Shown here: positions 17,796 through 26,712 of the stretch, piece by piece
How the letters are laid out: each line of letters begins with the position of its first letter
Position numbering within the stretch: the stretch's first letter is position 1
Assembly: GCA_002787155.1 (NCBI GenBank)
Contig: PCVY01000068.1
Location: 2,426 to 66,425 of the forward strand
Reading direction: 5' to 3'
Length of the DNA: 64,000 nt
Origin: Candidatus Abzuiibacterium crystallinum
GTDB taxonomy: Bacteria; Omnitrophota; Omnitrophia; Omnitrophales; Abzuiibacteriaceae
The notes under the pieces: generated by a model
Seen by the model: the letters and a program-made list of their open reading frames with translations, nothing else
The model's database searches: none
Told to the model about the DNA's origin: nothing
Program-made: the position numbers and the translations under genes

Positions 17796-19469
17796 ATGTC
17801 AAAACAAAGCAAGGCACTCAAAATCGGTTTGGCGCAGTTAAATTCTCGCGTGGGCGATTTTCAAGCTAATCAGAGTAAGATCACGAGCTTCATTGAAGAG
17901 GCGGAGCGGATGGGTCTCGATCTGGTTGTTTTTCCTGAAATGTCGCTTTGCGGTTATCCGGTATGGGATTTGGCTAATAAACGGGCGTTTGTTGAAATGG
18001 GAATGAGGGCTCTCAGAGCAATTGCAAAAACCACGAAGCAAATGCACGTGACAAGCGTTGTTGGTATGGTTGATTACGGAGCCAAACCGAACGGAAAAAA
18101 CCGAAATGCCCTCGCTGTTATTCGGAGTGGGAAAGTTTTATGCATGCAGCACAAAACACTTTTACCTAATTACGATGTCTTTCTTGAGGAAATATTTTTT
18201 GAGCCTGCCGATCAGCATCACACCTTTAAGGTCAATCAAATTAAGGTAGGCGCCAGTATTTGTGAAGATATCTGGGATGATGCTTATCGCGTTAAACCTC
18301 TTCAAGTCTTGAAGAAAAAAGGAGTTCAGTTGGCACTGAACGCTTCAGCATCTCCTTATCATCGCCGGGCTGCCCATATCCGTGATGCGCTTATCCGCCG
18401 GAAAGCAAAACAAAACCACGTCTGGCTGATCTATGTGAATCAAGTGGGCGGACAAGATGATCTTGTGTTTGACGGCCGCAGCATGGTAAGCGATCCTCAG
18501 GGCAGAATTGTTGCCCGCGTTGAACCGTTTATTGAGTGCCTCGTTCCGGTTGAAATTGCGGTTGGAGAAAAAAGATCATTTGATTTGCCGCTGCCTAAAA
18601 TTAATGAAACGAAAGAGATGTATCAAGCCTTGGTTTTGGGTATTCATGACTATGTTGAGAAGAACGGCTTTCAGAAGGTCGTGGTTGGTTTGAGCGGCGG
18701 TATTGATTCGGCGTTGGTTGCTACTTTGGCGGCAGATGCCATCGGACCGGAACGTGTGCTTGGGGTTACGATGCCGAGTAAATTTTCATCAGTGGGGAGT
18801 TATCGCGATTCTGAAGCGCTGGCGAAACGGCTCGGGATTGAATTTCGAACCTTAGCGATCAAAGATTCCTACCGGCACTTTTTGCAGAAAATGGAAAAAG
18901 AAAATCCTCGATCTCAAGATCAAAAGCGAAAGATGAGTTTAGCCAAAGAAAACCTCCAGGCTCGGTTGCGCGCTTTACAATTAATGTACATTTCAAACGA
19001 TGAAAATCGCTTACTCCTTTCTACGGGCAATAAATCAGAAATGGCAATGGGTTATTGCACGCTTTATGGCGATATGTGCGGCGGTTTGGCTGTATTAGGA
19101 GATGTATACAAAACAGATGTGTATCGTATTTGCGACTATCGCAATTCTATTTCACCGGTTATCCCGGAAGCCATTCTGAAAAAGGCTCCTTCGGCTGAAT
19201 TGAAGCCAAACCAAAAGGATCAGGATACTTTACCGCCTTACGAACAATTGGATGCGGTTCTGAAGCTATATATAGAAGAAAATATGTATGAACGTGATAT
19301 TATTAAGCGATTAGCCAAACAAAGAGTGAGTCGAAAAGAAATTGTGGATATCATCAAGAAAGTTGATAATAACGAATATAAAAGACGACAAACACCGCCC
19401 ATTATCCGCGTTACATCAAAAGCATGGTTTGGCCGGCGAATGCCCATCACAAATCGATTTAGAAAATAA
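17796..19469 (+). CDS. nadE: Glutamine-dependent NAD+ synthetase
   Basis: Nitrilase domain (FPE, K, ICEDIW) plus GLSGGIDS, ENLQARLR, GNKSE, PSAEL. Confidence 0.96.
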   Translation: MSKQSKALKIGLAQLNSRVGDFQANQSKITSFIEEAERMGLDLVVFPEMSLCGYPVWDLANKRAFVEMGMRALRAIAKTTKQMHVTSVVGMVDYGAKPNGKNRNALAVIRSGKVLCMQHKTLLPNYDVFLEEIFFEPADQHHTFKVNQIKVGASICEDIWDDAYRVKPLQVLKKKGVQLALNASASPYHRRAAHIRDALIRRKAKQNHVWLIYVNQVGGQDDLVFDGRSMVSDPQGRIVARVEPFIECLVPVEIAVGEKRSFDLPLPKINETKEMYQALVLGIHDYVEKNGFQKVVVGLSGGIDSALVATLAADAIGPERVLGVTMPSKFSSVGSYRDSEALAKRLGIEFRTLAIKDSYRHFLQKMEKENPRSQDQKRKMSLAKENLQARLRALQLMYISNDENRLLLSTGNKSEMAMGYCTLYGDMCGGLAVLGDVYKTDVYRICDYRNSISPVIPEAILKKAPSAELKPNQKDQDTLPPYEQLDAVLKLYIEENMYERDIIKRLAKQRVSRKEIVDIIKKVDNNEYKRRQTPPIIRVTSKAWFGRRMPITNRFRK

Positions 19470-19563
19470 CGGGGTTTTGTTCATTCCGGGCAAGAATACT
19501 TAATCACAATGAAAAATTTTTTATGTCAGTCAACGCAGCACGCTTGTTTGGAAAGCCGGGTGA

Positions 19564-19914
19564 GTGTTGACGTCTAAACAACTGGTCCAGCTAGCGAAGC
19601 AAGCGGCTGAGGAGAAGAAAGGATGCGATCCCGTCATTATTGATTTAAAAGGCGAGTCGACCATGGCTTCTTATTTTCTCATTGTGCACGGAACTTCAGA
19701 CAGGCATGTCAAAGCCATCGCTGAAAGTGTTATTGATGCGTTGGGGGAGGCGGGTGAACCGGTGTGGCATCGGGAAGGGCTGCAGGAAGGCAGGTGGGCT
19801 TTGCTTGATTACGGAGATGTCGTGGTTCACGTTTTTCACTATGAGGCGCGGACATTTTATAACTTAGAACGCCTTTGGGGCGGTCTTCACCAGACAAGAA
19901 ACCATGCGCGATAA
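19564..19914 (+). CDS. rsfS: Ribosome silencing factor
   Basis: EKKG..P.IIDL, WALLDYGDVVVHVF, RTFYNLERLW. Confidence 0.95.
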   Translation: MLTSKQLVQLAKQAAEEKKGCDPVIIDLKGESTMASYFLIVHGTSDRHVKAIAESVIDALGEAGEPVWHREGLQEGRWALLDYGDVVVHVFHYEARTFYNLERLWGGLHQTRNHAR

Positions 19915-21580
19915 ACTTCGTTCACTTTTACTGGCGACTTATAAAAGCCTCGAAAGTCAATTGGGCTGCCGCATTCCCGATGATTTTCAGTTTGACTTAG
20001 ATGTCCCTAAAAATAAAACACACGGAGATTTTGCGGCAAATTTGGCATTACGCCTCAAATCGCTGGCCAATCAAAACCCCCGAGAAATTGCTCGAACCAT
20101 CAAACAAATCATTGAGCAAGAGGCCGCAATTCCGAAAGAGCTGAAGTCCATCGTAAAAGAAATTAGGGTTGAGGGACCAGGATTTTTGAACTTTTTCCTA
20201 ACCCAAAATTCTCGTGCTGACGTTTTAAGCCGGATTCATACAACGGATAGGGATTATGGTTGTTCCGATGACGGCAAAGGCAAAAAAGTTTTAATTGAGT
20301 TTGTGAGCGCCAACCCCACAGGCCCTTTAACCATTGCGCATGGGCGGCAGGCTGCAATCGGAGATACGCTTGCCCGTATTTTGTCATCCGTCGGCTGTGA
20401 TGTTAAAAAAGAATTTTACTTAAATGATGCCGGGCGACAAATTAATCTTTTGGGTCAAAGCGTATGGGCTGCTTATCGTATGCAGCATGAAGGAGGAGAG
20501 AGTGACCTGATTCCGGCTGATGGTTATCATGGCGAGTACATAAAGATTTATGGGAAAGATTTTTATACGCAAACTAAAGGTACACTTGTAAATGAAGTGG
20601 TAGATGTAGCGATTCAAAAATGCACCCAATATGCAGTTGAAGTAACTTTAAATCAAATCAAAGAAGATCTCAGGGCTATTGGTGTCGTGTTCGATTTTTA
20701 TTATGAAGAGCATCAATTGCACGAAAAAGGCAAAGTTGAAAGCGCGATCAATACGCTTCAAAAGAAGGGATATTTAAAGACCGAAGAGGGAGCGCTTTGG
20801 TTTAAATCCACGGATTTTGGTGACGACAAAGACCGTGTTTTGAAGAAAAGTAACGGGGAATTAACCTATCTCACTGCTGATATTGCGTATCACTTGTCAA
20901 AGTTTGAAAGAGGATTTAAGCAGCTGGTCAATTTGTGGGGACCCGATCACCATGGTTATGTGGCGAGGCTAAAAGCTGCTTGCCAAGCGTTAGGATACCC
21001 GCCGGCAGCCATCACAATTTTATTGGTCCAATTAACGACTCTTTATCGAAATGGCGAGCCGGTTCGCATGTCGACGCGCGCAGGACAGTTTGTCACTTTG
21101 AAAGAATTGACAGATGAAGTGGGTGCTGACGCAGCTCGGTTTTTCTTTTTAATGCGCCGAGTAGAAAGTCATTTGGATTTCGATTTGGAACTTGCTAAAG
21201 CAAAATCACAAGATAACCCGGTTTATTATTTGCAATACGCGCATGCACGAATTGCGGGCATATTAAAAAATGCGGATCGAACAATTGAGCCATCTTGCCG
21301 TGTCGAATTGTTAACAGCCGATGAAGAGATTGCCCTCATGAAACAGCTGGCGGAATATCCGGAGGTTCTAAAACAAGCCGCCCGTTCTTTTGAACCCTTC
21401 CGTCTAGTGGATTACCTGCAGGGGCTGGCTGCTCTCTTTCATAAATTTTACAGTGTGTGCCGGGTGATCAGCGAAGATTCTGAATTAACAAAAGTGCGTT
21501 TGCTTTTAACCGACTGTGTCCGCATTGTACTTCGGAACGGACTTGAAATCTTGGGCATTTCTCATCCGGATAAAATGTAA
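19904..21580 (+). CDS. argS: Arginine--tRNA ligase
   Basis: GPGFLNF, EFVSANPTGPL, GDDKDRVL, DHHGY, MSTRAG, NPVYYLQYAHAR. Confidence 0.96.
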   Translation: MRDKLRSLLLATYKSLESQLGCRIPDDFQFDLDVPKNKTHGDFAANLALRLKSLANQNPREIARTIKQIIEQEAAIPKELKSIVKEIRVEGPGFLNFFLTQNSRADVLSRIHTTDRDYGCSDDGKGKKVLIEFVSANPTGPLTIAHGRQAAIGDTLARILSSVGCDVKKEFYLNDAGRQINLLGQSVWAAYRMQHEGGESDLIPADGYHGEYIKIYGKDFYTQTKGTLVNEVVDVAIQKCTQYAVEVTLNQIKEDLRAIGVVFDFYYEEHQLHEKGKVESAINTLQKKGYLKTEEGALWFKSTDFGDDKDRVLKKSNGELTYLTADIAYHLSKFERGFKQLVNLWGPDHHGYVARLKAACQALGYPPAAITILLVQLTTLYRNGEPVRMSTRAGQFVTLKELTDEVGADAARFFFLMRRVESHLDFDLELAKAKSQDNPVYYLQYAHARIAGILKNADRTIEPSCRVELLTADEEIALMKQLAEYPEVLKQAARSFEPFRLVDYLQGLAALFHKFYSVCRVISEDSELTKVRLLLTDCVRIVLRNGLEILGISHPDKM

Positions 21581-21584
21581 CGAC

Positions 21585-22529
21585 ATGCCGCAACCTGCTG
21601 TCTTATTTCTTGTTGGTCCTACCGGTTCCGGGAAATCTGCATTAGCTGTGCGTTTGGCTAAAAAAATCAACGGTGAAATCATTTCCTGCGATTCCATGCT
21701 GGTTTACAAACAAATGAATATTGGTACGGCTAAACTTTCCATGAAAGAACGACAGGGTGTTAAACATCATTTGATTAGCATCATCTCGCCTCATGAAACA
21801 TTTTCGGTGAATGATTTCAGAAAGCGGGCTTTAAGAGCGATCACAGAAATTACAAACCGTGGACGTGTACCGATTGTTGCCGGAGGTTCGGGTCTTTATG
21901 TGAGATCGTTGATTCATGGCTTAGCGGAGCAACCGAAAGGCGGAGAAGCGGTTCATCAACAATTGTCAGATGATTTAAAGCGGAAAGGTTTGGGTGAATT
22001 GTACGGGCAGCTGCAGAAAATAGATCCTATTCGTGCCGATGAAATCTTACCGGGTGACGAAAGGCGCATTTTGCGTGCACTTGAAATTTTTTATCTGACC
22101 AAACAAAGACCCAGCCAATGGCGGCGGAAAAGAGAATCGTTAAAAGATTTGGGATATCGATGGGTGATTTTTGGGCTAGATCCGGACAGAGGTGAGCTAT
22201 ATGAGAAAATTAATGCAAGAGTACTTGCAATGATGAAAAAAGGATTTCTGGCCGAAGTGAAACGTCTGTCAAAAGGCCGTTTATCACAGACAGCATTGCA
22301 GGCCATTGGGTACCATGAAATGCTTGCTTATTTGAAAGGTCAATTGGTACTCAAATCAGCTATTGAACGCACGCAGCAGCGGACAAGGCAGTTGGCAAAA
22401 AAGCAATGGATTTGGTTTCGTAAAGAAAAAGGATTACAATGGATAGCGCTGAAAGGCAATTCACCGCTATCAGACGCCGAGAAGAAAATTATTCGGGAAT
22501 GGCAGCAGAAGAAAGAGAATGTCAAATAA
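21585..22529 (+). CDS. miaA: tRNA dimethylallyltransferase
   Basis: GPTGSGKS, SCDSMLVY, IGTAK, GGSGLY, RALE, QAIGY, AKKQWIWFR; start refined to ATG 21585. Confidence 0.95.
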   Translation: MPQPAVLFLVGPTGSGKSALAVRLAKKINGEIISCDSMLVYKQMNIGTAKLSMKERQGVKHHLISIISPHETFSVNDFRKRALRAITEITNRGRVPIVAGGSGLYVRSLIHGLAEQPKGGEAVHQQLSDDLKRKGLGELYGQLQKIDPIRADEILPGDERRILRALEIFYLTKQRPSQWRRKRESLKDLGYRWVIFGLDPDRGELYEKINARVLAMMKKGFLAEVKRLSKGRLSQTALQAIGYHEMLAYLKGQLVLKSAIERTQQRTRQLAKKQWIWFRKEKGLQWIALKGNSPLSDAEKKIIREWQQKKENVK

Positions 22530-23325
22530 GATGACGTCGTCTGTGATTGCACTTTTAACTGATTTTGGACTGTCAGATCATTATGCCGCTGCGTTAAAAG
22601 GTGTTATTTATTCCATCCATCCGCAAGCAGCCGTTGTTGATATTTGTCATCAAGTGAAGCCTCAGAATATTCGGGAAGGTGGTTATTTGTTGAAACAAGT
22701 TTATTCGTTGTACCCCAAAGGGACTATTTTTGTGGCTGTGGTTGATCCCGGTGTCGGAAGTAAGCGAAAAGCTGTTTGCGTTAAAAGTCATGACCATTTC
22801 TTTATTGCGCCGGATAACGGTCTGTTATTTCCGGTTTTTCAAATGCTGAAGCAGGCACAAGTCAGGGAAGTGGTCAATCAAAAATTCTTTCATCATCCTG
22901 TCAGCCGTACTTTTCATGGACGAGATATTTTTGCACCGGTCGCCGCACATTTAAGCCGGGGTAATATTTTTGCACGCTTGGGACCAAAATTGAGAAGCAT
23001 TCATCAACTTGCGCCTTTGAAATTAAAGATGAAACGGGGGCATATTGAAGGCGCTGTTGAATACATAGACCATTTTGGAAATGTGATTACCAACATTTCA
23101 AAGAGGCATTTTGAAAAAGCTTTTCCTCACACCAGTCAGCATCGGGTCCAAATTAAAATGAAAACCATTCCTTTCATTTATCAATATTTCCTTGAGGCGA
23201 AAGGTGAAAAACTAATTGCAGTTTGGAATAGTTCCGACATGCTGGAAATAGCGGTACCGAACGGATCGGCCGCTCAAACCTACCATTTAAATATATCAGA
23301 GAAGGTAGTGATTGATGAAGCGTAG
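22519..23325 (+). CDS. SAM hydrolase / SAM-dependent halogenase family (DUF62)
   Basis: LLTDFG, VVDPGVGS.R, APDNG, SRTFHGRDIFAP, IDHFGN. Confidence 0.92.
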   Translation: MSNKMTSSVIALLTDFGLSDHYAAALKGVIYSIHPQAAVVDICHQVKPQNIREGGYLLKQVYSLYPKGTIFVAVVDPGVGSKRKAVCVKSHDHFFIAPDNGLLFPVFQMLKQAQVREVVNQKFFHHPVSRTFHGRDIFAPVAAHLSRGNIFARLGPKLRSIHQLAPLKLKMKRGHIEGAVEYIDHFGNVITNISKRHFEKAFPHTSQHRVQIKMKTIPFIYQYFLEAKGEKLIAVWNSSDMLEIAVPNGSAAQTYHLNISEKVVIDEA

Positions 23326-23857
23326 GCATTCCTTCCCAATACGGAAACAAAAACAAATTTATAAGGGTCGGGCTGTGAAACTTGAAATTCAGTGGATTGA
23401 ATCCCCGCATGGCCAACTGCTGAAACGCGAAATTATCCGTCATGGCGGCTCTGCCGTGATCGTGCCGGTTTTAAAAGACAAACGGCTTGTCTTGGTTAGA
23501 CAGCATCGACCGGCGACGGACGGTTATTTGTTAGAATTTCCTGCTGGAACGCTTGAAAAAGGGGAGCTTCCGAGACAGTGTGCGCAGCGTGAATTACAAG
23601 AAGAAATTGGCCATAAGGCGGGCAGGTTGCATAGATTATGCCAGGTTTATCCCGCACCGGGCGTTTCGACGGAATTAATGCACTTATTTTTAGCAACAGA
23701 TCTTCAGCCCTCAAATTTTCATCAACCGGATGATGATGAATTCTTAGAAATCGTGATCATGTCAAAACAGAAACTGAAGACTTTAATTGAAAAACGAAAG
23801 ATTCGTGACGCAAAGACCATTGTCGGTTTTCATTACGCCCTGCCGTATTTGTCTTAA
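23312..23857 (+). CDS. NUDIX hydrolase (ADP-ribose pyrophosphatase-like)
   Basis: Nudix box GTLEKGELPRQCAQRELQEEIG; DDDEFL; DAKT. Confidence 0.92.
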   Translation: MMKRRHSFPIRKQKQIYKGRAVKLEIQWIESPHGQLLKREIIRHGGSAVIVPVLKDKRLVLVRQHRPATDGYLLEFPAGTLEKGELPRQCAQRELQEEIGHKAGRLHRLCQVYPAPGVSTELMHLFLATDLQPSNFHQPDDDEFLEIVIMSKQKLKTLIEKRKIRDAKTIVGFHYALPYLS

Positions 23858-23888
23858 CCCCTCCTTAAATTAAAGGGCTCATTCTTAA

Positions 23889-23917
23889 TTGATTTCAAAC
23901 TTGAAAACAGTTAAAAT
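23889..23917 (+). promoter_or_regulatory. Putative sigma70 promoter of hldD
   Basis: TTGATT-17 nt-TAAAAT. Confidence 0.55.
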
Positions 23918-23977
23918 TAACAGATTTCGTTGATGTTGATAGACGTGTCTGTTTAAATTATTGGAAGGGGTGCTCAA

Positions 23978-24916
23978 TTGGCTAAAGCATTAGTAACGGG
24001 TGGCGCAGGATTTGTTGGATCAAATGTGGCACAAGCGCTCGTTAAAGACGGAATTGAGGTGGTGGTATTAGATAACTTTGCTACCAGTCATTTCAAAAAC
24101 CTGACTGACATTAAATGCGATATTATCCCCGAAGATGCTGCCATGGTTGATTGGGGTAAGCTTCCCAAGTTTGACATTATTTTCCATCAGCAAGCCATCA
24201 CAGATACAACCGTGATGGATCAGAAATGGATGATGAATCAAAATACCGAAGCATTCCGAGGACTTTTAAAACACGTCGTTAAAAATAAAATACCTTTGGT
24301 TTATGCATCTTCGGCAGGTGTGTACGGTAACCAACCGCCGCCTCATCGGGAAGACGGGTCGCTGGTACCGGAAAACATTTATGGGTTTTCCAAACTTCAG
24401 ATGGACAGGCTTGCTCAAGAAGCGTATCCGGAAACCAAAACGACGCTGGTAGGTTTAAGATATTTTAACGTATTTGGGCCTCATGAGCGTTACAAAGGGC
24501 ATGCGGCTAGCATGATTTTTCAGTTGGCCGAACAAATGCAGGCTGGCAAGCGGCCTCGGATTTTTGAGTTTGGCGAACAAAAACGTGACCACATTTACGT
24601 CAAAGATGTGGTAACGGCTAATTTGTGCGCTTCGCATTCAAATCGACGCGGTGTGTATAACGTTGGGACCGGTGCTGCAACATCTTTCAATCGTTTAATC
24701 GAAATTATTAATGAAGTTTTGGGAACAGAGTATGAACCGGAATATTTTAAGAATCCGTACGGATTTTATCAAAATCACACGCAGGCAACTACCGAACTGG
24801 CAGAAAAGGAAATTGGTTTTAAAGCCAAGTGGTCAATCGAAGACGGGATTCGAGACTATTTGACTATCCTCTATAAACTTTCAAAATCACCCAAAAAGAC
24901 AGCGCGCAAAATTTAA
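23978..24916 (+). CDS. hldD: ADP-L-glycero-D-manno-heptose 6-epimerase
   Basis: [47 protein letters not shown]; TTG start with SD. Confidence 0.85.
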   Translation: MAKALVTGGAGFVGSNVAQALVKDGIEVVVLDNFATSHFKNLTDIKCDIIPEDAAMVDWGKLPKFDIIFHQQAITDTTVMDQKWMMNQNTEAFRGLLKHVVKNKIPLVYASSAGVYGNQPPPHREDGSLVPENIYGFSKLQMDRLAQEAYPETKTTLVGLRYFNVFGPHERYKGHAASMIFQLAEQMQAGKRPRIFEFGEQKRDHIYVKDVVTANLCASHSNRRGVYNVGTGAATSFNRLIEIINEVLGTEYEPEYFKNPYGFYQNHTQATTELAEKEIGFKAKWSIEDGIRDYLTILYKLSKSPKKTARKI

Positions 24917-24923
24917 TCTTCAC

Positions 24924-24996
24924 GCCCACGTAGCTCAATTGGTAGAGCAACGCTTTCGTAAAGCGTAGGTTGTCGGTTCGATTCTGACCGTGGGCT
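24924..24996 (+). tRNA. tRNA-Thr (anticodon CGT), CCA not encoded
   Basis: Acceptor GCCCACG/CGTGGGC; D arm GCTC..GAGC; anticodon arm ACGCT-TTCGTAA-AGCGT; T loop GGTTCGATT. Confidence 0.95.
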
Positions 24997-25016
24997 GTCT
25001 TCCGATCAGGCCTGCG

Positions 25017-26477
25017 TTACCGAAATTTTCTCAGATGTGTGGGTAGGATTTTTAAAAGTTCGCGATACTTGGCTGCAGTCCGTCTGGCTATCGGAATCCC
25101 TTCCGATTTTAGTTGTTCGACGAGCGCAGCGTCACTCAAAGGATGTTTTTTATCTTCTTCGTCAATGAGTTGCTTAATTCTTTCCATAATACTTTTTTGT
25201 GATTGAGATTCTCCATCAGTACTTGCAACTGAATTTGAAAAGAAATTCTTCAAGGGGATAGTGCCTTGCGGGCAGGTCATGTATTTACCGCTGATGGCCC
25301 GACTGATGGTGGATTCGTGAATGCCTAATTTCTCCGCCACATCTTTTAATCGGAGCGGCTTGAGATGGGAAAAACCGTGTTTTAAAAACTCTTTTTGATA
25401 GTCAACCAATTGTTCGGCAATTTGCCGAAGGGTGGATTTGCGCTCACCCAAGGCGCGGATGTAAAGAAGGGCAGCCTGAATCTTTTCTTTCAGAAAAGCC
25501 TTTGTTTTTGCATCGATATCTTTTTGACGAATCAATTTCCGATATTTTTGATTAATTCTCAATTCAGGGATTCGTTCATGATTAATTTCGATATGATAAG
25601 ACGCCTCTTCTTCATCGTTTTCATTGGGAATGAGAATGATGTCCGGGATAACCGAAATCGGTTCATCGTGATAGAAAACGCGGCCGGGCTTCGGCTCAAG
25701 TTTTGAGATTACTTTTAATGCATTAATCACATTTTCTTTGGGGGTGAGAAGCGCATGTGCTAATTGATCAATTTGTTTCCGTTGAAGCAAACCCAAGTGA
25801 TCAGTCACAATCTTTTGTGCGAGCGGTGTGCTATTTTGACGTTTCAATTGAATCAGTAAAACTTCCGACAAATTTCTACCGCCGACGCCCGGCGGATCCA
25901 TGGTCTGTAACCGTTTTAACACTTTCTCAACTTCCTCAACTTTTGTTTTAGTGGTTTCCGAGATCTCTTCGACACTGGAAGCAAAATAACCGTCGTCGTT
26001 GATATTCCCAATAATTTCTTGCGCAATCACTCTCTCTTGTTCTGTGAGCGAGTGTAGGTTGAGTTGCCATTCCAGATATTGCGCAAGGGTGTTCTGGTTC
26101 GTCAACAGGCTTTCCATGTAGCGTTTTTTCTTATCAAGCTGTGCGGTTGATTCGCCTGAGAAATCATTCTGGGAATTGAAATTGGAACGGTAGTCATTAT
26201 CTAAGTCGTTCAGTTCATTTAGGGTGCGGTCTAATTCGCCATCTGAACTTTGGGCTGAATCTTTTGATTCGCCATCGTCAATCGAATCATCGACGCTTAG
26301 CTCGCTTGCCTCTTCCGGTTCGGAAAGTGTTTCTTCTAAAACCGGATTTTGAGAAAGTTCTTCTTCAATGGATTGCTGAAGGTCAATTAAAGGGAGCTGA
26401 AGTAATTTAAGATATTGCTTCAACTGGGGGCTTAATATTAATTGCTGTGATTGATTTTGAATTAACTTATGTTCCAT
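25017..26477 (-). CDS. rpoN: RNA polymerase sigma-54 factor
   Basis: Q/L-rich N terminus, NPVLE, DPPGVG, HESTISRA, PLSD, RpoN box ARRTAAKYRE. Confidence 0.96.
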   Translation of the reverse strand: MEHKLIQNQSQQLILSPQLKQYLKLLQLPLIDLQQSIEEELSQNPVLEETLSEPEEASELSVDDSIDDGESKDSAQSSDGELDRTLNELNDLDNDYRSNFNSQNDFSGESTAQLDKKKRYMESLLTNQNTLAQYLEWQLNLHSLTEQERVIAQEIIGNINDDGYFASSVEEISETTKTKVEEVEKVLKRLQTMDPPGVGGRNLSEVLLIQLKRQNSTPLAQKIVTDHLGLLQRKQIDQLAHALLTPKENVINALKVISKLEPKPGRVFYHDEPISVIPDIILIPNENDEEEASYHIEINHERIPELRINQKYRKLIRQKDIDAKTKAFLKEKIQAALLYIRALGERKSTLRQIAEQLVDYQKEFLKHGFSHLKPLRLKDVAEKLGIHESTISRAISGKYMTCPQGTIPLKNFFSNSVASTDGESQSQKSIMERIKQLIDEEDKKHPLSDAALVEQLKSEGIPIARRTAAKYRELLKILPTHLRKFR

Positions 26478-26521
26478 GGCTAAATGAGGATACGTTTGAT
26501 TGGCATATCTGCCTTATCATG

Positions 26522-26550
26522 ATAGTATCACTTTGATAAGGTGTTGTCAA
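26522..26550 (-). promoter_or_regulatory. Sigma70 promoter of rpoN
   Basis: Minus strand TTGACA-17 nt-TACTAT with extended -10 TG. Confidence 0.75.
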
Positions 26551-26609
26551 AAATTCATCTGACCGATGATTTTTTGTAACTCTCTTTTTGATAAACAGTT
26601 AGGTTATGG

Positions 26610-26637
26610 TTGACAGGTAAAAACGATCTGCTAAAAT
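26610..26637 (+). promoter_or_regulatory. Sigma70 promoter of accD
   Basis: TTGACA-16 nt-TAAAAT with extended -10 TG. Confidence 0.7.
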
Positions 26638-26658
26638 AAACACTTTATAAACTCTTCA

Positions 26659-26702
26659 ACCCCGCACCACTACGACGTGCGGGGATTTTTGTGGTGAGGG
26701 GT
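26659..26702 (+). promoter_or_regulatory. GC-rich hairpin / possible attenuator in the accD leader
   Basis: CCCCGCAC..GTGCGGGG followed by ATTTTT; alternative partner GTGGTGAGGGGT. Confidence 0.5.
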
Positions 26703-26712
26703 CTCATCCCAT

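Noticed and set aside
17656-17821. Extended decarboxylase frame and a 65-aa minus-strand ORF suggesting antizyme-like recoding
   Set aside because: They overlap the nadE promoter and start, no slippery site is evident, and the decarboxylase frame is uninterrupted.
22519-23325. Possible fluorinase/chlorinase natural-product pathway
   Set aside because: Housekeeping context with no biosynthetic genes; motifs fit the common DUF62 hydrolase.
24924-24996. tRNA-Thr as an integration site
   Set aside because: No integrase and no duplicated tRNA 3' end seen in the window; the flanks are housekeeping genes.
26499-26515. TGGCAT as a sigma54 -24 box near rpoN
   Set aside because: No TTGC at the required -12 spacing.
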